Assembly: GCA_964016885.1 (NCBI GenBank) | Contig: OZ024740.1 | Location: 21,886,001-21,950,000 of the forward strand | Source: Eledone cirrhosa | Lineage: Eukaryota | Direction of reading: 5' to 3' | DNA length: 64,000 bases | Shown: positions 15,696-28,039 of the stretch, in pieces | Layout of the letters: each line of letters opens with the position of its first letter | Position numbering within the stretch: the stretch's first letter is position 1 | The notes under the pieces: generated by a model | Databases searched by the model: none | Told to the model about the DNA's origin: nothing | The model's input: the letters and a program-made list of their open reading frames with translations, nothing else | Translations under genes and position numbers: made by a program

Positions 15696-18600
15696 GCAAA
15701 TAACCTAACTATCTGTAACACTAACTTCAAAAAACGTGACAATCACTTGATCACCTACAGATCGGGCGAACACACAAGCCAGGTAGATTATATCCTTACC
15801 AGAAGACGTGACAGAGTGTCTGTTGTTAACACTAAATCCCTCCCCCATGAAGAATGCACCTCCCAACATAGACTGATAATTAGTGACCTCATAGTCAGGA
15901 CGAGACGTACTAGACAGCAGTAGAGGACTATCCTCAGGAGAAAAATATGGAAGCTAAAGGACCCCACAGCCAGAAATAAATTTCAAAGCATATTACTTGA
16001 TGCTTTCGACAGTAAGGAAGAGCAATTAGAGCCGTATAATATAGAGGAACAGTGGGAATTCCTGAAAGCAAACCTGCTGACGGCGGCAGACAAAGTCTGT
16101 GGCTGGAGCAGGCCTGTAGGTAGGAGGAGAGTAACATGGTGGTGGAACAGTAAGGTGGAGGAGTCAATTAAGGCCAAAAAGCAGGCTTGGAAAGTATGGC
16201 GGGATGGGGGAAGTAGAGAAGACTATCAAGTGGCCAGGAGGGAAGCTAGGAGACAAGTGTACTTCGCAAGAAGGGAAGCAGAGGAAAGAAAGTTCAAGCA
16301 TGTTCTACAACGCGAGGACCAAAAACGTGAGGTGTTCAGGATTGCTAGGCAATGTGTCAAGGAAAACCATGATATTGTCGGGGAGAAGTGTGTACTTAAT
16401 GATGAAGGCGTACTTGCCATCACTGACGCCGATAAGAAGGTAGCTTGGAAGAGTCACTACGAAAGGCTTCTAAATGAGAATAAATGGGAGAAAGACAGTC
16501 TCCCCCACATCGACCCAATAGATGGACCAGCAGTGTTAGTCGAAGGTAGTATAATAAGTAAGGCAATCAAAGATATGAAGACGGGTAAGGCGGCTGGGCC
16601 TTCGGAAAGAGTTGCTGAGATGCTGAAAGCCTCTGGAACGGTGGGACACACCATGGTCTCCCAGATAGTAAACCAAGTCATACAGAATGGGGTTGTTCCG
16701 AAGAGCTGGCGAAGCAGCATCATCGTTAACTGTTACAAGGGTAAAGGAGATGCCCTAGATAGGTGTAACTATAGAGGCATTAAATTAATCGACCAGGTCA
16801 TGAGGGTCACAGAAAAAGTAATAGCGCAACTAATCAGAGAGAGAATTGATCTAGATGAAATGCAGTTCGGGTTTGTGTCAGGCAAAAGTACCACAGACGC
16901 TCTTTTCATTGTACGACAACTACAGGAGAAATACCTAGCTAAAAGTAAACCCCTATACTTAGCTTTTGTTGACTTGGAGAAAGCCTTCGACAGAGTCCCC
17001 CGTTCCATTATCTGGTGGGCTCTTAGAAAACTAGGTGTTGACGAATGGCTTGTCAGAGCTATACAAGCCATGTATAAAGAAACAGTCAGCAAGGTTAGAA
17101 TTAACAACGAATATAGTGAAGAGTTTAGCGTAAAAGTTGGTGTCCATCAGGGCTCTGTTCTTAGCCCCCTACTATTTATTATTGCCCTTCAGGCCATAAC
17201 AGAGGTGTTCAAGACCGGCTGCTCATGGGAACTCCTATACGCAGATGATCTAACGCTCATAGCTGAATCAATGACCGAACTAGAGAAGAAACTCCAAACA
17301 TGGAAGCACGGCCTAGAATCAAAAGGCCTTAAAATTAACCTGGCTAAGACTAAAGTTCTAGTTTGTAGGAAAGAAAATAAGGTGGCGGTCCCTTCCGGGA
17401 AATGGCCATGCTCAGGGTGTAGGAAAGGCGTAGGTAGAAATTCCATTTTATGTCCCCAATGCAAAAGTATGGGTGCATAAAAGATGTAGTGGGATCACAG
17501 GTAAGCTAACTAAGAACATAGATTTTACATGTGGCCGGTGCTCTGGTGCAATAAGTAGCAGCAAGTGCCCACAAAATACTAGCTCTTTCAATTGCGCAGA
17601 GGGTTCTATAGAAATAGTGGACAGCTTCCGTTACCTGGGTGACAAAATCAGCAGTGGGGGTGGGTGCTCTGAAAGTACTGTAGCTAGAGTCAGAACTGGA
17701 TGGAAAAAGTTCAGAGAGCTTATACCACTATTAGCCGCTAGAGGGTTCTCCCTAAAAATGAAAGGCAGGTTATACGATGCCTGCATACGAACAGCAATGC
17801 TGCACGGCAGTGAGACCTGGGCATTGTGTGCAGAGGATATACGCAGACTAGAGAGGAACGAAGCTTGCATGCTCCGCTGGATGTGCAATAGTAATATTAA
17901 ACGTGAACGGCTAAGCATAAACGAACTAAGGAAAAAATTAGAAATAAGAGGGATCAGATGTTGTTTACTCGAGAGAAGGCTACGTTGGTATGGTCACGTG
18001 ATGCGCATGAAAGACGACAGCTGTATAACAAAGTGCAGGGCAATAAAGATAGACGGTAGCCACGGAGTAGGCAGACCCAGAAAAACCTGGGACGACATGA
18101 TAAATTCCGACCTCACACGCTTACACCTCTCCAAGACAATGTCACTGGACCAAGACCTTTGGCGGTACTCAGTAATAGAGAAGACCCGCCTTACCTAAAT
18201 ACAAAGTAAAAACCTACTACAGTCAGTAGGCATCTCTATCAAAACACACCCCTGTCCCACCACCTCCACCCCATCCACACCGCCCCTTTCAATGTAAAGT
18301 TATGTTGGTGCCACAATATCCAGGCCGAAACAAATGAGATCCTGTAGGTGTCACGACAAAAAAACACACAGTCCACGCTGTAAATGTGGCCGTGTAGGCA
18401 ACACGGTAAAAACCTCCCAGCCCCCTACTGTAAATGTGGTTGGTGTTAGGAAGGGCATGCAGCTGTAGAAAACCCGCCAGACAGTCCACGCTGTAATGTG
18501 GCCGTGTAGGCAACACGGTAAAAACCTCCCAGCCCCACACTGTAAATGTGGTTGGTGTTAGGAAGGGCATCCAGCTGTAGAAAACCCGCCAGACAGTCCT

Positions 18601-18710
18601 ATGCGAGCAAGACAATCACTCTTGCCTCAAGTGGGACTACCCCCGTCCAAACCCATGCAAGCGTGGTACATGGACGTTAAACGATGACGATGTTGATGAT
18701 GATGATATAT
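15696..18710 (+). mobile_element. RTE-clade LINE with APE endonuclease C-terminus and RT; disrupted
   Basis: 5' part reads [31 protein letters not shown] (APE); stop at 15921; RT ORFs 16155-17480 and 17473-18198 joined by a 1-bp frameshift; ~112-bp tandem duplication in the 3' UTR (18369-18593). Confidence 0.95.
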
Positions 18711-18807
18711 ATATATCAGAATGGAGGCAGTAAAAACCAGTTAGACTATTACTCACCAGAGTACTTGATACTTGGGGTAGTAGAGTGGGTAATATAAAAA
18801 ATTCAGG

Positions 18808-18903
18808 ACCCCAATGGCTGAGCTCCAGCCGTTTCAACAGCTAGATCCAAACTGAAGCACCGGTATTCATGTGGCGGGAATCTAGCTGGTCTCCTCCAGG
18901 GGT
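18808..18903 (-). ncRNA. Type-I hammerhead with long stem II (family C), slightly degenerate
   Basis: ACCC-CUGGAGGA-GACCAGCUAGAUU...GAUCUAGCUGUU-GAAA-CGGC(UGGAGCUCA)GCCA-UU-GGGGU; paralogues at 34451 and 38558 show intact GCCG-UC. Confidence 0.7.
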
Positions 18904-18973
18904 ATAGTCCATATATTGGCAGACAGTCTGTGTATAAATCATCTTTAAAGTTCTCTTGTTTTTTGTTTTTTCT

Positions 18974-19450
18974 CAGGGAGTAGTCAGTTATTGGAGGGGA
19001 GTACATTTATTCAAATGTACGTCTTCATTAAGATGGCTGTTTTAGTCCTTCTTTATCGCGATAAACGTCTTAAATTATCTTTGATAAATCAAAGATAATT
19101 TAAGACATTTGTTTAGTTAAAACAGCTATCTTAACTGTTGTGTCTACATTAATGCTTCTCTCCTAAGCACGATGTACAGAGTAGAGTGTCACGTTCACAT
19201 GCGTGTGCGCACACGTTGAGTCCAAGGTCTTATTGGACAGGCGAGCCAATCAATATGAAGACTGTGTCTGATTGGCCGATGAGTGGCCAATAAGTGGCTG
19301 GAACGTGTTACGCATAATGAAAGAAAGGGAATAAATACGGATAGGCGAGAATAGGAGAGAAGCATTAATGTAGACACAACATTAACGAAGACGTACATTT
19401 GAATAAATGTAACGCCCCCCCCCCCCCCTTCAATAACTGACTACTTCCCG
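18974..19450. repeat. Nested inverted-repeat (foldback) element
   Basis: 18974-19030 inverts to 19381-19450; 19137-19165 inverts to 19352-19380; inner hairpin 19027-19134 bounded by TTAA. Confidence 0.8.
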
Positions 19451-19461
19451 AATATATATAT

Positions 19462-19649
19462 TTAAGGCCAGTTACAACAATGGCGCCATACCTGGTACCT
19501 ATGTTTTGTTAGCCCTGAAGACCAACTTGTTCAAACTGTGCTGATAAAAAAATAATCCAGTTCATTTTCATCAGCACAGTTTGAACAAGTTGGTGTTCAG
19601 GGCTGAAACATAGGTACCAGGTATGGCACTGTTGTAGTAACTGGCCTTA
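19462..19649. repeat. ~190-bp palindromic insertion in a TA tract
   Basis: Arms taaggccagttac...tgtgctgat and atcagcaca...gtaactggcctta. Confidence 0.85.
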
Positions 19650-19664
19650 TAATTATATATATAT

Positions 19665-19860
19665 AAGTTTATCCCAAGTTCAATCGGGGATAACCACAGT
19701 AAGTGAGGTACCCAATACAAAACAGCGTATAAATACTTAATATTGAAAGGCTTCTACAGGACTAGAACTGTTTCATTCTGGAGAAATTATCAGGAAGGCT
19801 TGATGATTTCTCCTGAATGAAACAGTTCTAGACCTGTAGAAGCCTTTCTACATTAAATAT
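19665..19860. mobile_element. Family F mini-element with back-to-back hammerheads
   Basis: Minus-strand motif 19749-19799 (CUGAUAA) and plus-strand motif 19797-19844 (UUGAUGA...GAAACAG..CUGUA); homologous to 37043, 37321 and 39881. Confidence 0.8.
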
Positions 19861-20288
19861 ATATAATATATAAAAAATGTTAGGACGTTTTGGAAGCCTC
19901 AACAATGCAGATGGGTAAATCTCTGGGTAACAGAATCCGGTGGTGAAGAGAGAGATGTAAGGAAATGTAGAATGAGATGTATAGTGTGTAGAGGAACGTA
20001 GGAAAGAGCGTAAAAAATAAAAATAATAACACGAGATAGAGTTACCTTGGGAGAGATTTAATTATCCCTATATTTCGGATTTCGCATCCATCAACTGGGG
20101 GGTTTTCCGAGGGGGAAAGTTATCTGTCGGAGAGGAACGGTATGTGGCCTCTGTTGTCCGGCGTTTGTGTGTAATATTATATATATATATAAATTTTGAG
20201 TATATGTTGGTTGTTTACAAACACCTCAGTATGCAGATTGGAGCACTCAACGAAGTATGCAGGTTGGTTTGTTTACTCCGGAGTAATG

Positions 20289-20675
20289 TAAAATAAAATA
20301 AGTAAGTCAAATATGTAAAATTTGGTTTCGTCTTTTATAAATTATAAATTTACTGCAATATATATTTCGGTGACAGCTATTATTGGCTGTGATCTCTTCT
20401 GGCAGTCTGAATTGGTGTGGAAAAGACAAGTAAACATGTTGTTGAAGTGTGTTTCACTCTGTCAATACATCGATATGTCCAGCTCCTGAGTGTGTTGTTA
20501 GTCCTCGAGGAACTGGAATCATATGATTCCAGTTCCTCGGAGGACCAACAATTCGGACTGCCTGAAGAGGTCACAGCAAATAATAGCTGTCACCGAAATA
20601 TATATATAGAGTAAATTTATAATTTATAATAAACGAAGCCAAATTTTACATATTTGACTTACTTAATTTATTTTA
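20289..20675. mobile_element. Family G palindromic element with a hammerhead in each arm
   Basis: Arms ~20289-20410 and ~20553-20675. Plus 20557-20612: actgc CTGAAGA ggtcacagc..gctgtcacc GAAA tatata. Minus 20352-20406 has stem I ACUGC/GCAGU and a CAGAAGA core. Confidence 0.8.
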
Positions 20676-20687
20676 TATATATATATA

Positions 20688-21028
20688 TCATCATCATCAT
20701 TTCATTTTATGTCCACTTTTTCCCTGCTTGCAAGGGTGGGACGGGAATTGATTCTGGCTTGATTTCTACAGCTGGATGCCCTTCCTAACACCAACCTCAT
20801 TTACAGTGAGTGCTGGGTGCTTTTTTGCCGTGGCACCTCCACGACCACTTTGCAGTGGAATGATAGGGACCGCAGTTCCTATCATCTCATTTCTACAGCT
20901 GAGTAAACTGGAGCAATGTGAAATAAAGTGTCTTGCTCAAGGAAACAACACATCACCCGGTCTGAGAATTGAACTCACAACCTTTCAATTGCAAGGCCAA
21001 TGCTCTAACCACTAAGCCATGTGCCTCC
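20688..21028 (-). mobile_element. tRNA-derived SINE (family 1) with RTE-like 3' tail
   Basis: A box TGGCTTAGTGG, B box GAGTTCAATTC, central CCTTGAGCAAGACACTT, tail GTTAGGAAGGGCATCCAGCTGTAGAAA plus (GAT)n. Confidence 0.9.
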
Positions 21029-21043
21029 ATATATATATATATA

Positions 21044-22616
21044 TCATCATCATTTTACGTCCACTTTTCCCTCCTTGCAAGGGTTAGACAGGTCCTATTC
21101 AGCACAGCATCTCTCCACTTATCACTGTCCTTCGTCATCTCCTCGGTGAGTTTCAGCGATCTGAGGTCTGCTCTGACCACCTCCGCCCATGTTTTTCGTG
21201 CTCTACCTCTTCTGCGTCTTCGCTCCACTGGGACTTCCTGGCACTTCTTCACCCATCGGTCATCCTCCATGCGCATCACATGTCCATACCATCTCAGCCT
21301 TCTCTCCTGCACACCACAACTTATCCCTCTTATACCTAGTTTCTTTCTCAACTCGTCTATGCTTGGTTGTTCACGCACATTGACATTGCACATCCAAATG
21401 AGCATACTTGCTTCATTTCTCTCCAACCATCGCATATCTTCTGTAGCTGCTGCCCATGTCTCACTACCATGCAGCATCGCGCATCTCACACAGGCATCAT
21501 ATAACTGTCCTTTCATACGCAGGGAGAAACCCTTCTTTTTCAACAGAGGAAGCAGCTCCCTAAACTTCTTTCAACTCGTCCTTATTCTAGATACGATGGC
21601 CTCGGAACACCCCCCTCCCATGCTAATCTGATCACCTAGGTACTGGAAGCTATCAACCACCTGCATTGGAAAAATGAGTCTATCACAGCGATTATTACTG
21701 CCAACTTTCCCTGTACATCTACTGCATACATAGTTTTCCCTACCTGTTAGTTTTCCTGCTATCCCACTACTTTTCTTGTGTACCCAAGATCAGCATTGCG
21801 TACATTTTATGGAATTTATGCCAGTTCCTTTCCTACATATCGAATATGGCCATTTCCCTGATGGAATCAGAGTATTGTCCTCTCTTCTACTTATCAACAC
21901 TTTTGTTTTAGCTCTCAGGCCTCTTGATTCCAACTGCTGTTTCCATAGCCAGAATTTATTCTCTAGCTCCTCTACTGATTCTGCTATAAGAACCAGATCA
22001 TCAGCATAGAGAAGTTTCCATGGGCAGCCAGTCTTAAACTCCTCTGTTATGGCTTGGAGGACTATAATAAACAAGAGTGGGCCGAGGACAGAACCTTGAT
22101 GTACAATTACTTGTATCTGGAATTCCTCACTAAACTCCATTCCTATTCTCACTTTACTGACAGCACCCCTGTACATAGCTTGTACTGTCCTCACAAGCCA
22201 TTCCTCAACACCTAGTTTCCTTAGGGACCACCAGGTGACAGATCAGAATACCCTATCAAAGGCCTTCTCTAGGTCAACAAAAGCTAAGTATAGTGGCTTA
22301 TTTTTCTCTAAGAACCTCTCTTGTAGTTGCCTCACTATGAAGAGGGCATCTGTTGTACTTTTCCGAGGCACAAAACCAAACTGCATCTCATCTAAATTGA
22401 CCCTTTCTCTAATCAGTTGCGCTAATATTCTCTCTGCCACTTTCATAACCTGATCCATCAGCTTTATGCCCCTATAATTGCTCCTCTCTAGAGCATCCCC
22501 TTTACTTTGGTAGCAATTTATGAGAATACTACTGCACCAGTCTTTGGGTATGACACCACCATATATAGCTTGATTAATGATGCGTGCAACTAGTTTAGTG
22601 CCTACTTCTCCTGAAG
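21044..22616 (-). mobile_element. RTE-clade LINE, second subfamily, degraded
   Basis: Fragments [46 protein letters not shown] in several frames; short (GAT)n tail. Confidence 0.92.
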
Positions 22617-22819
22617 TACAGGTATAGATTGAAGGTACCCATTTACATGTGTTGTATTGAAGCGAATAAGTATGTGTCTAATCTGGAAGTTTACATAACA
22701 TTAGCTATTGAGTATGCTGAGATGCAACTGGTACTAACAGTGAAACCCATGCTAGTCCTCCCAACTTATATATATATCAATGATATTAATAGATGAAACT
22801 ATATTTATATAACCATATT

Positions 22820-22880
22820 TATTTTATTATATATATTTCAAGGGTACCAAAATTTTGGTACAATCTCATCAGATAAAATA
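22820..22880 (-). ncRNA. Type-I hammerhead ribozyme
   Basis: UAUUUUAU-CUGAUGA-GAUUGUACCA(AAAUUU)UGGUACCCUU-GAAA-UAUAUA-UA-AUAAAAUA. Confidence 0.8.
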
Positions 22881-22955
22881 CAAAAATTGTTTTACAGACA
22901 GTGACATATTCAAAACATTAAGTTCTAGTTTTGAATATGTCTAATACAATTTTTG

Positions 22956-23016
22956 TATTTTATCTGATGAGAGCGTACCAAAATTTTGGTACGCTTGAAA
23001 TATATATAATAAAATA
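22956..23016 (+). ncRNA. Type-I hammerhead ribozyme
   Basis: tattttat CTGATGA gagcgtacca aaattt tggtacgctt GAAA tatata TA ataaaata; 8-bp stem I and fully paired stem II. Confidence 0.9.
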
Positions 23017-23273
23017 AATATGGTTTTATAAAGATAGTTTCCATTTATTAATATCTTTGATATTATACTCCAGAAGAATAATGTAAAGTGCTTCTAATCT
23101 GTTATAAACTAAATTTGTTGAATAATCAACAAATTAATAACTCATTGCTTATATATATATATATATATGAAGTGAAACTGATCAGTAAAAGCAATTGGAA
23201 TAGGTAAATATTTAAATTATATTTTTTAATTTATTTTAAAAAATTGTTTGAATCTTGCTTGCTCCGCTTACCT

Positions 23274-23304
<31 letters not shown>

Positions 23305-23333
23305 AATATATATATATATATATATATTTATAA

Positions 23334-23395
<62 letters not shown>

Positions 23396-23774
23396 TTGAC
23401 ATTAGGAAGGAAATCCAGCTGCAGAAACCAAGCCCAAATCAGTTCTGTATGAACAAGGCATGGTCACCTGACCTGGCATTTCTTACAAGACAACTCGTCT
23501 AACCCATGCTTACTTGGAAAAATGGATGTTAAACGGTGATGATGATGATGACATATATATAGTTTCAGAATAAAGGAACAAAGAGTCAGTGCTGCATCAT
23601 AACATATTCAATAACATATTACATATGTTTCACTGTCGATCAGCTCAAGGAATGATCTATTATTGATCGAAGTTGACTCTGGAATCAAAAGATCCTCAGA
23701 TATGTCTCAGTATGTAAGTCCATCTCTGATTTTGTATGAATTTTTCCACTAGCTTGCACCTATACACACACTAT

Positions 23775-23836
<62 letters not shown>

Positions 23837-24035
23837 CAATATATTTCTTCTCTTCTTCATATACATAGAATTTTTTTCCACTGCAACACTGCTCCTTGCC
23901 TTCCATTTAATCCTTCATTCTTCTTCAATACCACACACACTCTCTCTCTTAGACATTTTTATCCCCCTCCTCTCACCTACTGACACAAAGAAGGAAAGTG
24001 AAACTGAGTAGATATGAGTCAAGGTGCTGTTGGAG

Positions 24036-24730
24036 AGGTGGTGGTGGTGGGTAGGGTAGTGGCGGGGATAGTGAAGTGGAGTGGTAATGATGGTGGTGGT
24101 GGTAGGGTAGTGGTGGTGGCTGGGTAGTGGTGGTGGTGGATAGGGTAGTGGTAATGATGGTGGTGGTGGTAGGGTAGTGGTGGTGACTGGGTAGTGGTGG
24201 TGGTGGATAGGGTAGTGGTAGAGTAGTGGTGGTGGTGGTGGGTAGTGGTGGTGGTGGTGGGTAGTGGTGGTGGTGGTGGGTAGTGGTGGATAGTGTAGTG
24301 GTAATGATGGTGGCAGTGGTAGGGTAGTGGTGGTGACTGGGTAGTGGTGGTGGTGGATAGGGTAGTGGTAATGATGGTGGCAGTGGTAGGGTAGTGGTGG
24401 TGGTGGATAGGGTAGTGGTAATGATGGTGGCAGTGGTAGGGTAGTGGTGGTGGTGGATAGGGTAGTGGTAATGAGGGTGGCAGTGGTAGGGTAGTGGTGG
24501 TCGTGGATAGGGTAGTCGTAATGATGGTGGCAGTGGTAGGGTAGTGGTGGTGACTGGGTAGTGGTGGTGGTGGATAGGGTAGTGGTGGGATAGTGAAGTG
24601 GTAATGATGGTGGCAGTGGTAGGGTAGTGGTGGATAGGGTAGTGGTGGATAAGATGGTGGTGATGATGATGCTGATGATAGGGTAATAGTTGAGGTGGTG
24701 GTTAGGAGCATGGGTAGTGGTGGTGGTGAA
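24036..24730. repeat. G-rich (TGG)n/GGGTAG compound minisatellite
   Basis: Directly visible. Confidence 0.93.
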
Positions 24731-25954
24731 TATGGAGGTGAAGGGTTGGTGGGGAGGGTGGTGGGAGATAAGGGGGGATAGTGTACTGCAGTAACAAGTA
24801 GAAAACACACATACATACATGTGCACACACACACACACAGATGCACACTCACTCATACACATCTCTCCCCACACACACACTCACACACACACTGATACAC
24901 ACACACACACAGAAGCTGGGTGGCATTGAGAATGGTGAGGTGGGTAGCAGTGAAAGAGAGGTAAGGGGAAGTTGTTTGAGATTGAAATAAACCTGTTAAG
25001 ATAAACATACACATACACACTTGCATACATATACACATACACATACACACAGACTTACATACACACAGACATACATACACACTTACACATATACACTTAC
25101 ACACACACATACAATTACACATACAATTACACACACATTTACACATATGCACACACAAACACATCTACATGCACACACAAACATATCCATACACACACAC
25201 ATACACTTACTCTTACACACACACACTGACACACATACATGTACTTACACACACCTATCTCTCTCCCCTGAACAGCTGTCTACTGTGACCTAGCCTGGAA
25301 TCTGGACTGCTGTTGGGGAAAACATCAAAATCAGCAGCATCATTAACATCATCACCACCATCATCATCATTACCATCACTATCATCATCATCATCGCCAT
25401 CACTATCATTGCCACCATCATCATCATTATCCTCACCCCCACCATCACTATCATCACCCCATCACCCCCACCACCATCATCACCATCATCCCTATCTAAA
25501 TTTATTTTATTCACTATAAAATTTATGAAAATTGTAGCTATTTTTAGAAAAGATTTGCTATTGTTGGTGTAGAAGTGATCACCATCTTGTTTACATTTGT
25601 GATGTTTGAAGTTAAATTTAAGGACCACTACAGCCCTAGAACTCCACTAACTAATAACCCAAACTGACCTTATAATTTAAGGACCACAACAGCACTAGAA
25701 CTTCACTAACCAGTAACCCAAACTGACCTTATAATTTAAGGACCACAACAGCACTAGAACTTCACTAACCAGTAACCCAAATTGACCCTTGACCTTATAG
25801 GACACATGGCAATTTTCTGAGACAATCTTTTGAGAAACAAAATACATCTTATATGCCATCAATGTGTGTGTAAATGTGATGGTGGGTGACTGGTCAGAAG
25901 ATTTATGGTGGCTCTGTTTAATGGTATTTCTGGGAAATTTGTTAGGAATTAGGA

Positions 25955-26508
25955 ATTGTTTCTACTTTTAGCACAAGGCCAGCAATTATGTCAGTGTATT
26001 ACTGGTACTTTATTTTAAGGATGAAAGGTAAAGTTAACTTCGGCAGGATTTGAACTCAGACCATAAAGGGCCGTAACTCTTTGCTGCAAAGCATGGAGTC
26101 AGACCTTCTACCGATACTGTCAATCCACCGCCCTAGGAATTAATAATAATAATAATTGTTTCTACTTTATGTACAAGGCCAGCAATTTGAAAGGGAGGGG
26201 AAAGTTGATTAAATCGACCCCATTGTATTATTGGTACTTTATTTTTATCGACCCTTTAAGGATGAAAGGCAAAGCTAAACTCAGTGAGATTTTAACTCAG
26301 AATGCAAAGGGCTGTAACTCTATGTTGTGAAATAATTGTTTCTACTTTTGGCACAAGGCCAGCAATTACCCAGTACATTACTGGTACTTTATTTTATCGA
26401 CCCCGTAAGGATGAAAGGCAAAGTTAATCTCGACGGGATTTGAACTCAGATCATAAAGGGACGTGCTGGAAAGCATGGCGTCCGACTCTCTACCGATACT
26501 GCCAATCA
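25955..26508 (-). mobile_element. Three tandem copies/fragments of SINE family 2
   Basis: B box GAGTTCAAAT, core GCCTTTCATCCTT..GGGTCGATAAAATAAAGTACC (resembles the Meta domain), tail GGCCTTGTG..TAGAAACAATTATT. Confidence 0.85.
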
Positions 26509-26509
26509 A

Positions 26510-26720
26510 TGTATAAATGCCAGGAAAATGAAGTGTATGAGTCATGATGTACACACATACACATGTGTGTGTATGGAGGGGGAATATCAGGTGTAGTGTT
26601 GGTGAATCTCGGGAAGCATGGAACTTTTGAAGGATGCAGTGTCTCAAAAGCTAACAACCGATGCAGGTGTTTGTTCCATTTTTAAGCAACTCTGAGAGTG
26701 AAATGATTCTGTAAGTCATT
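26510..26720 (-). mobile_element. CR1-group LINE 3' fragment
   Basis: Reverse-complement similarity to ~39590-39780. Confidence 0.75.
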
Positions 26721-27455
26721 AGGAATAGATGAGCTCTTCTACCTGCTCCCTCTTCTCCCTTACTTTCTCTATTTAATCTTTCATTTTTGTTATTTCTTTC
26801 TATCTTATTATTTTATTCGCTTTCATTTCTTTGATTAAAAGTTCTAAAGATTTAAAAATAAAGTTCTCCCAATTGATAGATCACAGCTCTGATACTATGG
26901 ACATGTGGTTAGATAACATCCATGAGTTTGGCTGGTCTCACTTGGGTATCTAGCCAGATCAGTTGGAGATGGTTGCTTCTGACAGGACCCACTGGCAAAC
27001 TCTTCCCCTATGACCCTCTCAGGAATAAGTGGGCGAAGAAGATCTTTCTAAAATCTCACTTTACCATCTTAACCCTTTCATGACTGCATTTCTAATGAAA
27101 TACACATTATTTTAATTAATTAATGAAGAATTTTGAAGGATTTACTAATAGGCACAATGCCAGCAATTTTGGGGAGAGGAAATTCAATTAAATCAACTTG
27201 CGTGCATGACACATAAAGTACCAGTCACATACTGGCGTCAATTTAATTGACTTTCCCCTCCCCAAAATTGCTGGCCATGTGCCTGAGTAACCAATATTTA
27301 TTTCATTACTAAAATAGTACCCAATTGTAAGGTTCTGATATAAAATTATGTAGGAAGATTTTAATTTAAATTGGAAACCTTTAAAGTGGGTGGTTTTATT
27401 TCGTAGAACCAGAGCAGGTTTTGGCCAGGTTGGTAACTAAAGGCTTAAATAATAA

Positions 27456-27725
27456 AAATAATTATTATTGAGTACAGTGATCAGGTGCACTACAACTCAT
27501 CAAAGGTTCATGTATAGTAAATAGAATAATGTATAAATGTCAGGAAAGTAAACAGTGTATGAGTCATGATTTACACACAGATATCTTTGTGTGTATGGGG
27601 GGGGGGGGGAATACCAGGTGTAGTGTTGGTGAATTTCAGGAAGTATGGACGTTTTGAAGGATGCAGTGTCCTGACAGCTAACAACTGATGCTTCAGAAAC
27701 TGAGTGTGAAAACATGTTCCAAAAG
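27456..27725 (-). mobile_element. CR1-group LINE 3' fragment
   Basis: DTASFKTSILPEIHQHYT matches the end of ORF 38822-39703; (ATT)n tail. Confidence 0.85.
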
Positions 27726-28039
27726 AACATTAGATAATGTAGTTCCTGACTTACCATAACACAGGATACATACAGCTAGAATGCCTTTGATCATAGATAT
27801 GCTTGATCAAAGATGACCTAGGGTTAAACAACAGTGAGAACCTGTTTAACAAGCCATCATATGGTTACATTGACCTGCCTGAAACAACAGCAATTGTCTT
27901 ACCTTTCTTTTTGTTTCCTTTCTGTACAGACATTGTTCTCTGGTGCAGCAGGTTGGTTCAATCTGAAACCCTGCAAAACCACAAGAAAATACATCAGTAT
28001 CATCAGCAATAGCATTATCATACCAAACACCTTTATGAG

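Larger units (their letters stand above)
22773..23062. mobile_element. Family H ~290-bp AT-rich palindromic element
   Basis: Left arm 22773-22890 inverts to 22946-23062; central hairpin gacatattcaaaac/gttttgaatatgtc. Confidence 0.85.

Noticed and set aside
20066-20100. Minus-strand GGAU(GCGAA)AUCC-GAAAUAUA hairpin
   Set aside because: No CUGANGA core upstream.
23144-23197. GAAA-CUGAUCAG-UA half-hammerhead beside a TA run
   Set aside because: 5' core absent and no second copy in the window to confirm it.
23915-24880. Pro/His/Thr-rich extensin-like ORFs (also 41512-42582 and 47519-48456)
   Set aside because: Trinucleotide-repeat translations open in several frames.
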